Shown piece after piece: positions 12,069 through 25,600 of a stretch of 64,000 bases of DNA; the first letter of the stretch is position 1; every line of letters begins with the position of its first letter. The translations under genes were made by a program, and so were the position numbers. The stretch lies in the NCBI RefSeq assembly GCF_038025025.1, contig NW_027117340.1, forward strand, positions 1 through 64,000, written 5' to 3'. The stretch comes from Phyllosticta citribraziliensis. Taxonomy: Eukaryota. The notes under the pieces were generated by a model that had not been told where the DNA came from, made no database searches, and saw nothing but the letters and a program-made list of their open reading frames with translations.

Positions 12069-12430
12069 GCGGAAAGACGGCGGCGAAGGGAAACATGGAG
12101 CGAGGTGCACTTTGAGTTCCCTGGGTAAGCCAGGGTCCGGCAGGTTGGATTGGCCGACCCGGTTTCTTCCCTTGGTTGCACGTGTAACCACTTCGCCGAC
12201 GACCTCTGTTCCCTACTCGAACAACTACGCCCATCATGTTCCCGCCTCCTCTCCTCGTGCCGCTCGACCTCCACTACGGCCGATATTCCTTCCCCGCCGA
12301 ACCTCGACACCTGCCGAGGCACATGGAGTCGCAAGCTTCCCCATGCTCGAATTCGGTTGCCTGCGCGCAATAAGTACATACGATGCCTCAATTCTTCCTC
12401 ACCACCTGGATCCTGCAGTCCATACCCGTC

Positions 12431-13586
12431 ATGTCTGCCGCCTCTCAGCGTCTTCTGCAACTCGGCGCCGTGCCTCGCGTCATCCTGCTCAACCCCATCG
12501 TCACCGGTCCGCTGCTATGGGCTCTCACAATTGCTCCAAAGGCCATCCAGGGCCCTGTACTCCAGCAGCTTGATCGGCTGCCTTTTGAAAATGCGCTCCC
12601 CCGCATAGTCACCGCGCTCAAGCTGTTGGTTGCTCTCGGCATTTCAAACAGCTTCAATTCCCTGCTCAATCGCATGGCGACGAATGGATGGAGTCTGTCG
12701 ACTGACTCGTCAAAGTGGAACTGGTCGCAAGAGATTGCCGTCGTCACTGGAGGCTGTAGCGGAATTGGAGAATTGGTCGTCAAGGGTCTAGCAGACAAGG
12801 GAGTCAAGATTGCCGTGTTGGACGTCCAGCCATTGCCGCAGAGGCTCAAGGGTTGTAAGTGTACATGACAACTTCCTGGGTTTAACGCTTACCAAGTAGA
12901 CAACATCCACTTCCAAACCTGCGACATCACCGACCCCAACGCCGTCCACAATGCAGCGGAGACCATTCGTTCCAAGGTTGGCCATCCGACCATCTTGATC
13001 AACAATGCCGGAATCGGCTCTGCCCACACAATCATCGACACGACCCCCCGTCAATTGCAAAAGATTTTTGGCGTCAACTTGCTCAGCCACTGGTACACCG
13101 TGGGCGAATTCCTTCCGGCCATGATCAAGCAGAACAAGGGCCATGTCGTTACAGTCGCCAGCATGGCCAGCTTCGTGTCATGCCCCAGCATTGCGGACTA
13201 CGCCGCTACCAAAGCCGGAGCACTTGCGTTCCATGAAGGTAAGAAACATGTCCATTGACGAAGATCCGCACTCACGTCAAGCAGCTCTGACTTCGGAACT
13301 TCGCCACCGTCACAACGCGCCCAGCGTCCACACAACCGTCGTCCACCCGAACTGGACCCGCACGCCGCTCATCGCTGACCATGCTTCTCATATTGAGAAG
13401 CACCAGGGGCCTTTGCTTACGCCGGACGTCGTTGCTGCTGGCATCGTCAATCAGGTTCTTAGCTGCCGCGGTGGCCAGCTCTTCTATCCTGATTTTCTGT
13501 CGTCTGTGAGTGGCATAAGAGGATTCCCTCACTGGATGCAGGAGAGGATCAGAGATAGTATTGGGAAGCGGGGGACTGGCGATTGA
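12431..13586 (+). CDS. Short-chain dehydrogenase/reductase (retinol dehydrogenase/DHRS3-like)
   Basis: TGGCSGIG, INNAG and YAATK motifs; introns at ~12854-12898 and ~13238-13280. Confidence 0.88.
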
Positions 13587-13843
13587 GATGCTGAGAGTGA
13601 ATTGTTTGTCGAAACCGGCCACTTCTTTTGCTGGTAGGATTTGAGACTGTTGCTTTTGGCTTTCAATCGAACCCCTGCGTAGGGAAATACGCCACTTGCT
13701 CGCTTGCTTCACGAGTGAGATGCATCTGCCTTCGCGGTTAAATTGATTTCATTCAGTCGTTTGGACAAGCCAATCATGTCCAATGGCATTTCAGAAATTG
13801 GACACGCCTGTTGTACTCCATGAAATGACAACTTCGCTACAGC

Positions 13844-14858
13844 TTACACCTTTGGATAATAGTGGTAACTGTCCATTTCCGTTCCAACCGACGTGCCCAC
13901 CAGACCGTCCTCATAATCGACCTTCGGCATGCGCAAGCAATATCCAGGATGTAGCACCGTCTGCGCGACGACAGCAATCAAGCACGGCCTGTCCCCAACG
14001 TCAGCTCCTCTCAACCACATCGTCAGTCAAGCTTACACCGTATCCAAAGCGATGAAAAACGTCTCGTTAGTCATGATCTTGCTCCGCCAGCCATCATCAA
14101 ACTCGGCCATGCGAAACGCACATCTGGTCAAAATGGCCACGTACGCCAACGACATGCTGCCCAAAAACAAGCGAAACATCCAGCGCTGGCGCAGTGCCTT
14201 GGTCCCAGGATTCAGCTCGCGGCGGTGCATCACGACGCGCACGAAGTACCACGCCGCGCAGCCGGCGAACATGCCCAGCGTCGTGATCTGGAACGCCATG
14301 CCGCCCTTGATGATGCGGACGGCGTCCCACATGATCTTGGGGTCTTGTTTGGCGGCCATGCCGCTGCCGACGGCCTGGCACGCGATGGAGAGCACGTCGG
14401 ACGCGACGAAGACCCAGGTGTAGAGTGAGGGCGGCCGTAGGACGCTGAACTGCGGGCCGAAGATGAGGACGAGGTGCTTCAGGTTGAGGTAGATGCCGGC
14501 GGCGAGGAAGGCGGGCGCGATGGTCAGGCAGATGACGGCGGCTTGGAAGCCCGTGTGCGAGTAGGGGTTGAAGTGCATGGCGATGAGGCCGAGGGAGCCC
14601 AGGAGCTCGAGGGCACATCTGCACTATCAGTATAGACCTTAATGGTGTTGATGAAACTTACCCTCCGCCCACGGCTAATAGGTAGCTCCACGTCTTCTTG
14701 TACATTCCCATCCCAAGCTGTCCGACCATGCATATTGCAAAGACCAGCCCCGCAAATGCGTTCATGTGTAATGACGGGGCGTACCCGTAAATCGAACCCT
14801 CCACTGGACACTCTGGACCCACATCATCGCAGTACGGGAGGAACGGTGCGTCAGACAT
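13844..14858 (-). CDS. RTA1-family lipid-translocating exporter / 7TM protein
   Basis: YGYAPSL N-terminal motif, CLTIAPAFLAAGIY, FVASDVLSIACQAVG, RCAFRMAE and a terminal HPG motif after splicing. Two introns. Confidence 0.88.
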
Positions 14859-15991
14859 CTCGGAGTATCGAGGAAAGGTCAAAAGAGTGACTGGAAGAAA
14901 AAGCAAAACGTTTGAAAGCAGCGTAATGAAAAGAGCGACGACGGCGAGATTCCGGGGACAGAATCGAGACACGAGTCTGTGGGCGGTATATACTTTCAGC
15001 ACGCTGGCCTGCGCCTTGTCATGGCCAGCCCTGCAATGCCGTGCCCCGGCCGCTGAGCACACCAACTCTGTCCGCCGTTAGACGCGCCGTTGCCCTCTTA
15101 ATTACGCTCATCGATCAGTGCCTTTCAACCGCCAGCAATGGCGCACGGCCAAGCCTGGCTCCCCGTTTCGAAACCGCAGCCTGCTCCCTGTCTGCCCGCA
15201 CTGGTACCTGGCCGCGAAGCGCGCCTCTGTGCGTCATTGGATGAGCGGTGGCTGCTCCCCAGAACGTGGCGCAGGGCTGATGCGGCGCGAGCTGGATGCA
15301 ACTGAAGGGTCTGGAGATGTTGGTTGCCCTGAGGCGTGCACCGTGGCAGGCCATGTACTTGGGAAGAGGTGCTGCAGCACGAGGTTGATCACGGACTACA
15401 GCCAAGTATCGTGATACGCACCAGCAAATCTAAGCATCAAAAACGCTGCATGCCATTTCGCTCAATCTTGCAGGCAGCCGTCGATGCACGATGAAATGTT
15501 GCTGTCGACAGGGTTCTCGAGGTCTAGTCCAGGGATGTCTTTGCCACGGGCCGCCAAAACCTTAATCGCAACCACCATTTCTCGTCCAATTTCGCTTGTT
15601 GGCGACGAGCCCTGGGCGAGAACGACTGTTGCAACGACAAGACTGTTGTATAAAGAGTTGAGTTGTGTAAAGTGGCTCGATTGTTGCTGCTAATTCTTGT
15701 GAATCTTCGAGTCCAAAAGGTCAAGGCCGTCACGGTTTGGATACGTCATGGCTTGGTTCTGTTTAATTGTCGACACGAAATGGATGGATAGTTTCTTAGC
15801 ATTTGCCTTTCGAGTCATCTTTCGCGTGTCATGATTGGCCGAGAAGGATTGCGTAAAGCTTGTACGGGCACGGCGATCAGCACGATTGGCTCGACGGTTG
15901 GTGAGAGACATTTTTGAAAGTTCTTTGATTGCGGGCTACGAATCTCTGAAGGGATGCCCAGGCTTTGCTTCGAGTATTGAAATGCGATGTC

Positions 15992-16142
15992 TCAGTGACC
16001 CTTCTGAAAGCCAGTCAGTTCAATCAAGTCCTGGTGCAAGCAGAGGGAAACGTACGCAAGCACCGCAAGTGCATTGACTCTTGTCACAAGTGCAGTCGGC
16101 AGGGCCGGTACAGTTGCAGGTGGAGCCGCAAGCGCAAGACAT
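15992..16142 (-). CDS. Metallothionein, 32 aa (MSCACGSTCNCTGPADCTCDKSQCTCGACKGH)
   Basis: Exon 1 is 16056-16142 and exon 2 is 15992-16003 (KGH*). The intron 16004-16055 has GTACGT, a CTGAC branch site and CAG. The protein has 9 Cys, including four CxC pairs. The start context is AAAATG and TATAAG lies ~90 bp upstream. Confidence 0.85.
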
Positions 16143-16790
16143 TTTCGATTCGGAGATTTTGCTGTGTATGTTGTTCGGTAAGGGGAAGCTGATATTGGAT
16201 GGCATTTACTCCTGTAAGCAACCAACGGTACTTATACTCTTCCACATACAGCTCTGCGCGAAATGTGCGTCCGCCAGCCGTCATCGCCAAGGCACTGGAT
16301 ACACAGGAGGCATGCGCGTGCAGCACAGATGAGCCAGTCGAGCACTGTTCGTTGCTCTAGATGTGATCCATGGCTGGATGTGGAACATTGAAATCAGCCT
16401 ACCATTGATTGGTGACGTCCAAGGCGTCTAGGCCGATATGGCGGATGTGAGTGATTTGTGCGTCCCGCGTTTCGTCTGGTAGTCTCCAGCGCTACTGCAT
16501 CTCCACGCAACGAGCCGTCCGAAAGTGCCTGGCGCTTGGAGGTTTGGAGAAAGCATCTTGACACTCTCATTCCAGAACAGACGATGGCCGCGTGGGAGGA
16601 CACGCGCCATTCCTGCTTGAGGAAGTCGTTTGGACCATCTTTCGAAGCTCCAACGCGAAAGGAAAATTGCAGTCATGGAATGCGAAAGCAGAGGATCGCC
16701 GCAGACTCTTGGATTATGCCGCCAGGTAGTACACTCCATGGAGATCTCTCTACTCGCACTTGCAGCGAGATGTACAAACTAAACTCACAC

Positions 16791-18020
16791 TCACGCGGAT
16801 TTCCCAGGCTCTTTTACAGCGTGGAGCACTCCTCTGTATCTCATTCGCCCTTCTTCGAGTGTCTTGAATGCTTCGGCTACTCCATCTCTTGTCAAAGGGA
16901 ACAGGGACGTCCAAGGCTTGATTCCATGTCTTGCGACAAAATTCAACATGTTTTGAAAGTGCTGTCTTGAGGCCTCCGTCGAGGCAATAATTCTGAGACC
17001 GGGAAGAACAAACGGCATGTACGGCACTTCAATCGGGCTTTGCTGGATCGTCATGCACACGATTCGAGCACGACGGGCGAGGAGCAGGATCAAACCAGCG
17101 AGCGATGGAATCTCGGTTGCGCAGAGCAGAAGAACGTCAATGGGAGACGAGTCACCCACCTTGTTTTCTCTGCTCTGCTCCAAAAAGATGAACTCATCTG
17201 CTCCCATAGCTCGAGCATCTTCCTCCTTGTCTGGCGTGTCCGAAAGCGCAGTTACAGCGCATCCCATCGCCTTTGCAAATAGCACTGCCATGTGGCCAAG
17301 GCCGCCAATGCCAACTACGCCGACACGGTCGCTTGGCTGCACCTCTGCGGCCATGAGGGCTTCGTATGTACTGGCGCCGGCGCACATGAGCGGCGCAGCG
17401 TGCTCAGACTCTATCGCATCCGGGATGCGATTGACGAAGGTGCGGTTCCTGATCGCATAGTTTCCCATTGAGCCTTGGTCGAGCTCTCCGAAAGCGAAAC
17501 CGCACGCTTCAGCGCAATATTGCCGGTAGCCTTGTACGCAGACCTTGCAGCTACCACAGGACTGGTATCGTGTCAACGGAGCGGCAGGAATTCGAGGATA
17601 CGAGGGATACCGACGTGATGCAACCATCTGAGAACCAGTCAGCACAGCCCACGCTGCCAGAGGGAAGACGAACCCCCATCCCACTCTTTCACCAATCTTG
17701 AGATCCTTGACACCATCCCCCAGCTTGAGGACCGTGCCGACTCCTTCATGGCCTAGGCCGCAGCCTTTTCCCTTTGCGTGGACATCGGTGTAGCAGATGC
17801 CAGAGTGGGTGGTTTCGATCAAGACCTCGTCGTGGCCGAGCTCGCGAGGCGCCGTCTCGGTCACAAACCCTCGTTCGCGAGAGAAGCGGTAGGTCTCGAT
17901 GAGCCCACAGTATTGGTCGTAGCGCAGGCTGGCGTTTTCGGTAAGCATTGCGTTGGTGGTACCAGAGAAGGAATGCAGAGTTGGGTTGTCACGGAAACGA
18001 ATCGGTTTCGTCGACGTCAT
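16791..18020 (-). CDS. Zn-dependent alcohol dehydrogenase (cinnamyl-ADH-like MDR)
   Basis: GICYTD, GHEGVG, CGSCKVC..C, APLMCAG and GIGGLGH motifs. Two introns flank a 13-nt micro-exon (17615-17627) that restores GWGWLHHSC. The start codon is uncertain. Confidence 0.85.
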   Translation of the reverse strand: MTSTKPIRFRDNPTLHSFSGTTNAMLTENASLRYDQYCGLIETYRFSRERGFVTETAPRELGHDEVLIETTHSGICYTDVHAKGKGCGLGHEGVGTVLKLGDGVKDLKIGERVGWGFVFPLAAWAVLTGSQMVASRRYPSYPRIPAAPLTRYQSCGSCKVCVQGYRQYCAEACGFAFGELDQGSMGNYAIRNRTFVNRIPDAIESEHAAPLMCAGASTYEALMAAEVQPSDRVGVVGIGGLGHMAVLFAKAMGCAVTALSDTPDKEEDARAMGADEFIFLEQSRENKVGDSSPIDVLLLCATEIPSLAGLILLLARRARIVCMTIQQSPIEVPYMPFVLPGLRIIASTEASRQHFQNMLNFVARHGIKPWTSLFPLTRDGVAEAFKTLEEGRMRYRGVLHAVKEPGKSA

Positions 18021-18141
18021 TGCAGGTTTAGGTAAGCGAGACGCGACTCCATTGAGGCCAAGAACCCAGACTGCTACCAATCTCTACACAAAACCCATGG
18101 CCATCCGATTTCCCTTCCCTGCAAAACAAAGGGCCACATTT

Positions 18142-19186
18142 TCACTGCTGATCTTCAGAAACTTCAAACGGAAGTGTCGCCTGCTGCGACAGCTCGCTCA
18201 GGGAATCCTTCCACACCAATCGTTGCATCTCGAGTCCGTCAGCAGTGTCCATGAAAGCAGGGGTCCTTTGAAAGTCAGCCACATTCTACATCTTCGACAC
18301 AAACTCACTTTTCTTCGGCTTGATTGACGTAGAATTTCCCGTGGGACTCGGCACCGGCAACAGCGACCATGAACACGACAATCCGCGCACCCTCCTCCGT
18401 CGGACGCGCAGTGAAGGACTTGAATAATCTCATTACGTAGCGATAGTAGAAAGGAAGCACTTCGGCGATCCTGGAATGTACCAGTCCCGGACAGACCGTG
18501 TTCAGAATCACTCGACTGGGCTCGATCCGCGTCGCCAGCTCCCTGAGGAACATGAAAGCCATCGCTTTGGTGTCGCCATATCTTTGAAAAGAGTAAAAGT
18601 TCTTGGGGTCGTCAAAGTGGCTAATGGTGTTGCCTTTGATTGGATGCCATCGAAGGCTGCTGATAACCATAGCTCGGCTGCCGACCCAATTGATTCGGGA
18701 AGGAGCTCCTGATTTCTTGGCCGACTCCTCCAGCAAAGGAAGAAGCTGTAGGAGTAGCAAAGCGCTGGAGAGGAAGTTGACCTGGAGCAGGAGCTCGTGG
18801 CCGGATGATGCACACTGAAGATCGACATTGCCAATCGCGGCGTTGAGTATCAAGACGTGGAGCTCCTCTACTTCCGCTCGGACCCTGGAAACGAAGTCGA
18901 CGACACTTACGTATTCGGCCAGGTCCAACTTCATGACTTTGACGGACGACGCGCTACGTCCGCCGCCTCTGATGGTCTCATCTTGGAGCAAAGACTTCTT
19001 CGCTTCTTCGCCTTTGTCGATATTTCTGACGCCCAGAATGACCACCTCGGCATTGAGCGCAAGAAGTTGTCTGGCGCTTTCGTACCCGATACCAGCGTTG
19101 GCTCCTGTCACAATGACATTCTTTCCTGCCAGGTTGATGTCTTTCGGCAAAGGGTTGACGCCTGGTTGGATTTGAAAAAGAGGCAT
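18142..19186 (-). CDS. Short-chain dehydrogenase/reductase (RDH12/WWOX-like)
   Basis: TGANAGIG, LNAA, YGDTK and VCPGLV motifs; one intron near the 3' end at ~18266-18309. Confidence 0.88.
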
Positions 19187-19970
19187 TTCGATTGTTGTCT
19201 TTTCAGAGAGGTGAGAATCAGTCTCTGTTCAGTCTGCGCTCTCATGCAAGTCTGTCACATCGGGAGTCGCACCAGTATATCTCATTGCATATACTTTGTC
19301 CAGCGCCCTATAGCGGGTCCCCGCCATTACTCAGCCACACTGCTGTGGTCAAGCCAAGCTTCAACACCAAGCAACGTGGCTCCCTGCAAGGTTGATCGGA
19401 GACTGCCGAATTCAGACCGTGACGTCAAATGTCGTCTTCAAGTGCACTCTTCTTCAGCTGCGACTATTTTGCTGACAGATGTGTTGAACGGATCTCTATC
19501 CGCTATCAGAACCGCATTCTGTTGCCCAAGACTAGACCGATATGCTTGGGGTCCTTCCAGTGTCCACCAACTATCGCTACACCACAGCTCAACGACTTTC
19601 GAATTCAAAATCATTCCAGAAACAACCTTGGCGTGCGGGGGATGACAAGGCTTGACGTCCTCACACCGTTCCCCGCCTCCACCACAACGCCAACCTGGAT
19701 GACTCTGCAACCCCGCACGACTGTCAGAGTTAGCCGTATGACCGCTATTGGCACAAAGGAACTGACTAGCCAGAAATGGAAAGGTGATCGTCCACACGAG
19801 CAGTGATATGCTCAAATTCCTTAGGTCCGCGCTGGAAACCCCATGGATTCTCCGCATCTGCCAGGCAGTTCCTGTTAACCGAACCAGTATATTTACAAGA
19901 GAGGAGGTCGGAGGATGTGGTCGGTCGCCTACAGTTGCAAGAACTCGTTCGAAAACTGCTCACTTCCACA

Positions 19971-21782
19971 ATGCCGGGCCCGATCAAGACTGAACTCCAT
20001 GAATTTGCTTACCGACCTTCGGACAAGTATCCGTATAATGACAACTTGGAAGTGGATGCCCTGATCGTCGGCGCCGGGTTCGCAGGCACGTACATGCTCT
20101 ATGAGCTCCGGAAGCGTGGCTTCAGAACCGTCATCTACGAAGCTGGCGATGGATTTGGAGGCACCTGGCGATGGAACAGATATCCTGGAGCCCGCGTGGA
20201 CTCGGAGGTCCCCGAGTACGAATTGAGCATTCCTGAAGTCTACAAGGACTGGACTTGGACGACCAACTATCCCAACTACGAGGAGCTTCGTGCCTACTTC
20301 AACCACATGGACAAGGTTTTGGACCTATCCAAGGACACTGCCTTTGGTTCCGTCGTGGTCGACGCCCAGTTTGATGAAAAGGAAGGAAAGTGGCACGTTA
20401 AGACGGCCGATGGACGTAATGCGAAGAGCAAGTATTTCATCGTCGCCGCTGGTTTCGCTGCAAAGCGGTACGTGCCTGACTGGCTCGGCATCGACAAGTT
20501 CAAGGGTTTCATCGCACACTCGTCGTTTTGGCCCGACGAGGGCGTCGAGGTTCACGGCAAAAAGTGTGCCGTGATTGGCACTGGTGCATCGGGAGTTCAG
20601 GTTGCACAGGAGTGGGGTCCCATGGCCGGAGAGCTCAAAGTCTTTCAACGAACGCCCAACCTGACAGTACCGATGGGCAAGAGGCCACTGTCCAAGGAGG
20701 AGCAGAACAATGCCAAACAATTCTACCATCGGCTCTTTGAACTTCGAGAGCACTGTTTTGGCGGCTTCCTCTTCACTTTCAATGAGAGAAACACTTTCGA
20801 CGACAACGAGCAAGAGAGAGAGGCAGTCTACCGGAAGTTGTGGGACCATGGCGGATTTGGATTCTGGTTGGGAAACTACAAGGTGATTCCTTTGCCATCC
20901 TTCATAGCCTCAATGCTTACACAAATTTAGGACATGCTGTTCGCCGAAGAAGCCAACGACGAGGCGTACAAATTTTGGGCCAAAAACCAAAGGGCCAGAA
21001 TCCATGACCCGCGCAAGCGAGAACTTCTGGCACCTCTTAAGAAGCCACACCCCTTTGGCACCAAGAGGCCCTGCCTTGAGCAGAACTACTATGAACAGTT
21101 CAACAGGCCGAACGTCGACGTGGTTGATCTCAGGGGCAATGAGATCAAGGCAATCACGGAAAAGGGGATTCTGCTCGAAGATGGCACGGAGCACGAGTTT
21201 GATGTCATTTGCATCGCTACTGGATTCGACATTACCACGGGTATGTCCGACCACTGCAGCCATGCGTTCTTTTGTTGACTTTTGCAGGCGGCATGACAAG
21301 CATGGGACTTCGCTCCATTGATGGCAAGTCACTGAAGGACGAGTGGAAGTCCGCTGCCATGACCTACCTCGGCGTTACTGTTCCCGGATATCCAAACATG
21401 TTCCACACGTACGGACCACACGGGCCGACCTTACTCTCCAACGGTCCTGCCACCATCGAATGCCAGGGCCGCTGGATCGTAGATTGCATGAAGCTGATGG
21501 AACGCGAGGGAGTCAAGTACATCATCCCCACTGACGAGGCGAGCAGGGCGTGGAAGAAGAGAGTAAACGAGTTGAGCGACCTGTCACTGTTTCCAAAAGT
21601 CCTCGACTACGGTCTGTTCTGTTTCCGCATCGAACGCTCCTCAGCTGACACAAGCAGGTGTTCACTCGACCTACATGGGCGGCAGCATCCCAGGCAAAGC
21701 TTACGAGCAAGTCAACTATCCGGGCGGAATCCCGCAGTACGGCAAAGAGCTTCGGCACGGTCCGGGCGCCCGGGCGCCATGA
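19971..21782 (+). CDS. Type I Baeyer-Villiger monooxygenase (cyclopentanone monooxygenase-like)
   Basis: GAGFAG, GGTWRWNRYPGARVD, the fingerprint FKGFIAHSSFWP, GTGASG, FQRTP and ATGF. Three introns; the exact 3' end is uncertain. Confidence 0.9.
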
Positions 21783-22649
21783 ATCCTCGGGCGTCCGTCT
21801 TGACTCCGCGCCGGAGGGTGGGTGTTCTGGAAGGGTTCGTTCGTTCCCCGGCGCGTGGCGCGGCGCGGTGACGTGGATTGTGCCTGCGCCCATCGTTTTA
21901 CCCCTTGTGTTCGGAGCGTTGCCTCAGGCGCTCGGAGGCCGAGCTGCGATGTCTTGAGTGCGAACTGCGCAATGCGCACTGTTTACTTTATCATGGAATG
22001 CTCGGTGATGTGCACTTCACCCTTGTTGAAGACATATGAATGCCACGTCGGCCGGACGGAGAATGGTGAGTCAAGATCTCGTTGCGGTGGAAGCTGACGA
22101 CAAGGTGGAGGTCGAGACGAGGTGCGTGGTTGCGGGAGCGCGGATACGGATGACGGACGGAAGTGGTCTTTGTTGGTCGAACTGCGCGATGACTGTGCGG
22201 CACGCCTGTTCTGACTGATGACGCGAGTAGATAGGCTTACTTCGTGCAGCGGCCAATTGGATGGTTGTCGTGAGGAGGGATTTTGATTACTGAGTCGAAG
22301 TGATGATACCGAGGGCCGCTTTGTTGGATTAGTGATATTTGAGACACTTTATCGCTGTTAGCCAGAGACAAACGAGTGCGCGCACAAAATTTTACAGAAG
22401 AAGTAATTCAACAGTAGCAATGATTATATCTAACTGGCGAAAAATTCGTGATTATTGTACAAGGGAGAACCTCTTGCCTCGAGGCAACGCTGTGTATCTA
22501 ATCGTCAAAAATCTACTCAGGAAAACGCAACAACTGCATGCTCGTGACATTTTGGTATAGCCGTTGCTCATCCAGTCTGCAGGTATCATCCTCCATCTAT
22601 CAAAATTCTCTAAACAACATTACCATTCCATCTTTTTTTCTTTCTTCGA

Positions 22650-25600
22650 TCAACTCTCTGCGCGCTTCGTTGCCTTGGTCCTCAATTTCATCATCAAATA
22701 GACCAGGGCATATGACGAGATGGCGAAAATGACACAAATAGCCGCATCTCTCCATCCGTAGTAGTAGTCCTTCAAGTTGAGTGTCTCGAGATACGCCGCG
22801 CCGTCTCTGTACTTGCAAACCTGGCAGCCAGAGGTGGCGTCGGGGTTGAGGAGGTTAGTGCCGCCGCCGAGAATCGTGCTTTGATAGTCGGTCATGTAGC
22901 TGCCGCAAGTCTGGTTCGGAGGGGGGTTGAAGGTTGCGAGTTCGCTTTCGGAACACTTGACGGTCGACTCCCACACGCCGAAGATCATGAGTGCGCCCAT
23001 CAGATAGTTGAAAGGGTCAATCCAGTACATCCAGTACTTCCAAAAGTCTTGGAGAGCGTCGTACGGAGCAAGGACACCGCAGAAGGAGACGAGAATAGTG
23101 ATGATGAGCGGATTGACCATGGCGGCGAAGACGGCGTTGGGTGTGTAGGCGGCAACAAACTGAAGAGTCAGTAAAAATGCGGAAGAAGGGGGTGTCAAGG
23201 CTTACCTGGCCGATGCCCGTGTAAATGAACTCGTAGATGAGCATGACGAAAAAAGTCGCGCCAGCATACTTGGGCGCCGCGGGGAAACCAGACGTAAAGT
23301 AAAAGCAGCAGTAGTAAAAGACTGCACAAATGATCAGGTAGGGTATTTCGCTGACAATCAGCCCGGTGACAAAGGGGATCCAGTGGTACATTTTGCTCTT
23401 CTTCTCGCGCGTCTCGTAAATGTCACGGCGGTCGAGGAAGAGCGGCTGCAACTGGGCAATGACACCAGGGGCGACGAAGATGAAGTTGAAAATCGCAAAG
23501 AGCTTGAGCTGCAGATCAGCGACGCGGTCGCCAATCATCCAAAAGGTGAAGCCGTTGAACAGTGCCGATCCGATGTGGAGTGCAAACTTGTTGTTGACGT
23601 AATCAACATTACGGTACATGGCGACGTTCATGCGATGTGAAACATGTCGCGTCTGTTCCCAGATGGACGTGGCGAATTCGTGGCCGTCGTCGACAGTTCC
23701 CGGAGGCTTCGAAGCCGCGTCCGCGATCAAAGCATCCAAGTCCGAAGTCGTCTTTTGGTGCTCTGGAGACTCGAGCCAGACCGAGTTCCAGTCCCTGCCT
23801 TGAGAGAGTCCTCCAGAGACGACGTCGATCATGTGTTCAGCGGGGTTGGAAGCCGGCGGGCAAGGTGCTCCGTAGCGACCAAAGTATTCCTTGATGGTGT
23901 TGGCGTTTTGGCCAATTTCGCCAAAGTACACAGTCTTGCCTCCCTTGGCAAGCAAGAGTAGCATGTCGAATTGGGCAAAGAGCGAGGCGGACGGCTGGTG
24001 AATGGTGACGCAGACTGCTTGGCCGACCGCGGAAAGCTTGCGCAGGAAACGAACAGTGTTGAAAGCTGCTTGACCGTCAAGTCCAGACGTGGGCTCGTCG
24101 AGGAAGATGAGGATTGAGGGCTTCGAGACTAGTTCAACACCAATCGTGACTCGCTTGCGCTGCTCGACGGAAAGACCAGCTCCAGGACGACCAATCAAAG
24201 TGTTTTCAATGTCGTGGAGCTCAAGGAGCTCGATGATAGTGTCGACGTACTTGAGCTTCTCTTCGCGTGGGGTGGTTCTGGACTGACGGAGTAGGGCAGA
24301 GAATTCCAAAGCTTCGCGCACTGTTGCCAATGGTTCGTGGACATCAAGCTGCTCGCAGTAGCCGGCCGAACGCTGAAAGGAGACAGGGAGAGGACGGCCG
24401 TCGACAAGAATAGACCCGTTAATGGTACCTTCGGTTTTTCTGGAGAAAGGTTAGTTGCCTTATTTAAAGATGAGAAAGGAGAAATTGTACCTCTGTGCAA
24501 GAACGTCCAGCAAAGTCGTCTTGCCGGCTCCAGAAGAGCCCATAAGAGCAAGGAGTGTTCCAGGTTTGACGTAGCCTTGAACATTGTCGAGCAACTTTCT
24601 ATCCCCTGAAGGGGTCTTGACCGTGTACGTGAGATTCTTCCAGGTGAAGACAGAAGTGTTGCGAATCAGCTGATCGTTGAGCTGATCACTGTCGTATCCC
24701 GCCTCGTCTTTCTTGTCGTCGGCGACAGGGGGCTTCTCGGTGATTTGGTTCTCCTCATCTGGAGCAGTCAAGAGATGCGACGCCTTCTTTTGGTTTTCAC
24801 GGGGAATGAGGAGGGACTTGCCACCTTCGCCCATTTGCCTCCAGCGGTTGGTGAAGAAGATGGTGAGTCCGACGTAGAGAGCCCACCAGGCCCAGTTGAT
24901 GCCAATGTTTCTCCAGATGTGCGTGTGCTTGTAGGAAAGCGAGGCCAAGTAGTCATCGCCGCTGACGGTGACAGCTCCTGGCTTGGCCCCTCCAACGCCA
25001 GCGCAAGATTGGAAGGAACTATCCGTGTACGTGGGGCCCGTGGGAATCAAACTTCCTCCGACGCAAGGAATGATTGTGTCGTGGAACTCGTTGCCCATCA
25101 GAGATTCGAAACCGTACGACAGCGGGTCAATCCAGTAAATCCAAACGAACCAGGGGTGCATGTCCGGCTTGCTGATTTCGTATCCAACGTACGTGACGAG
25201 CGCCGAGATGAGGAAACCCGAAACTTTGCTGGCGGCGTCGAAATTGGGAAAAGCGGCACCGACAAACCGGAACATGGCGGTCATGGCCATGGTTGTGGTG
25301 AAGAGGGTAAACCAGAAGATGAAGAACTTCGCTGCCACCACTTGGAGCCCAACCATGAAGTACACTACAACGGCAAATTGCGTGATTTGGAAAAGAAGGA
25401 TGGGAATATCTGCAGCGACTTGGGCGATACAGAACGCGGCCGGGTGGTAAAGTGCAAAAGTCCGGTGCTTTGCCATCACGGGCCGTCCTGTGAAGGAGTT
25501 TGTGACTTCCGACATGGCAACTAGAGCATTGTACAGGAGAGCAAAGAAAAGGGCACCGCCCTTGGTGAAGAGCCCTGCCGAGTTGTCTGGAGAGTCGTAG

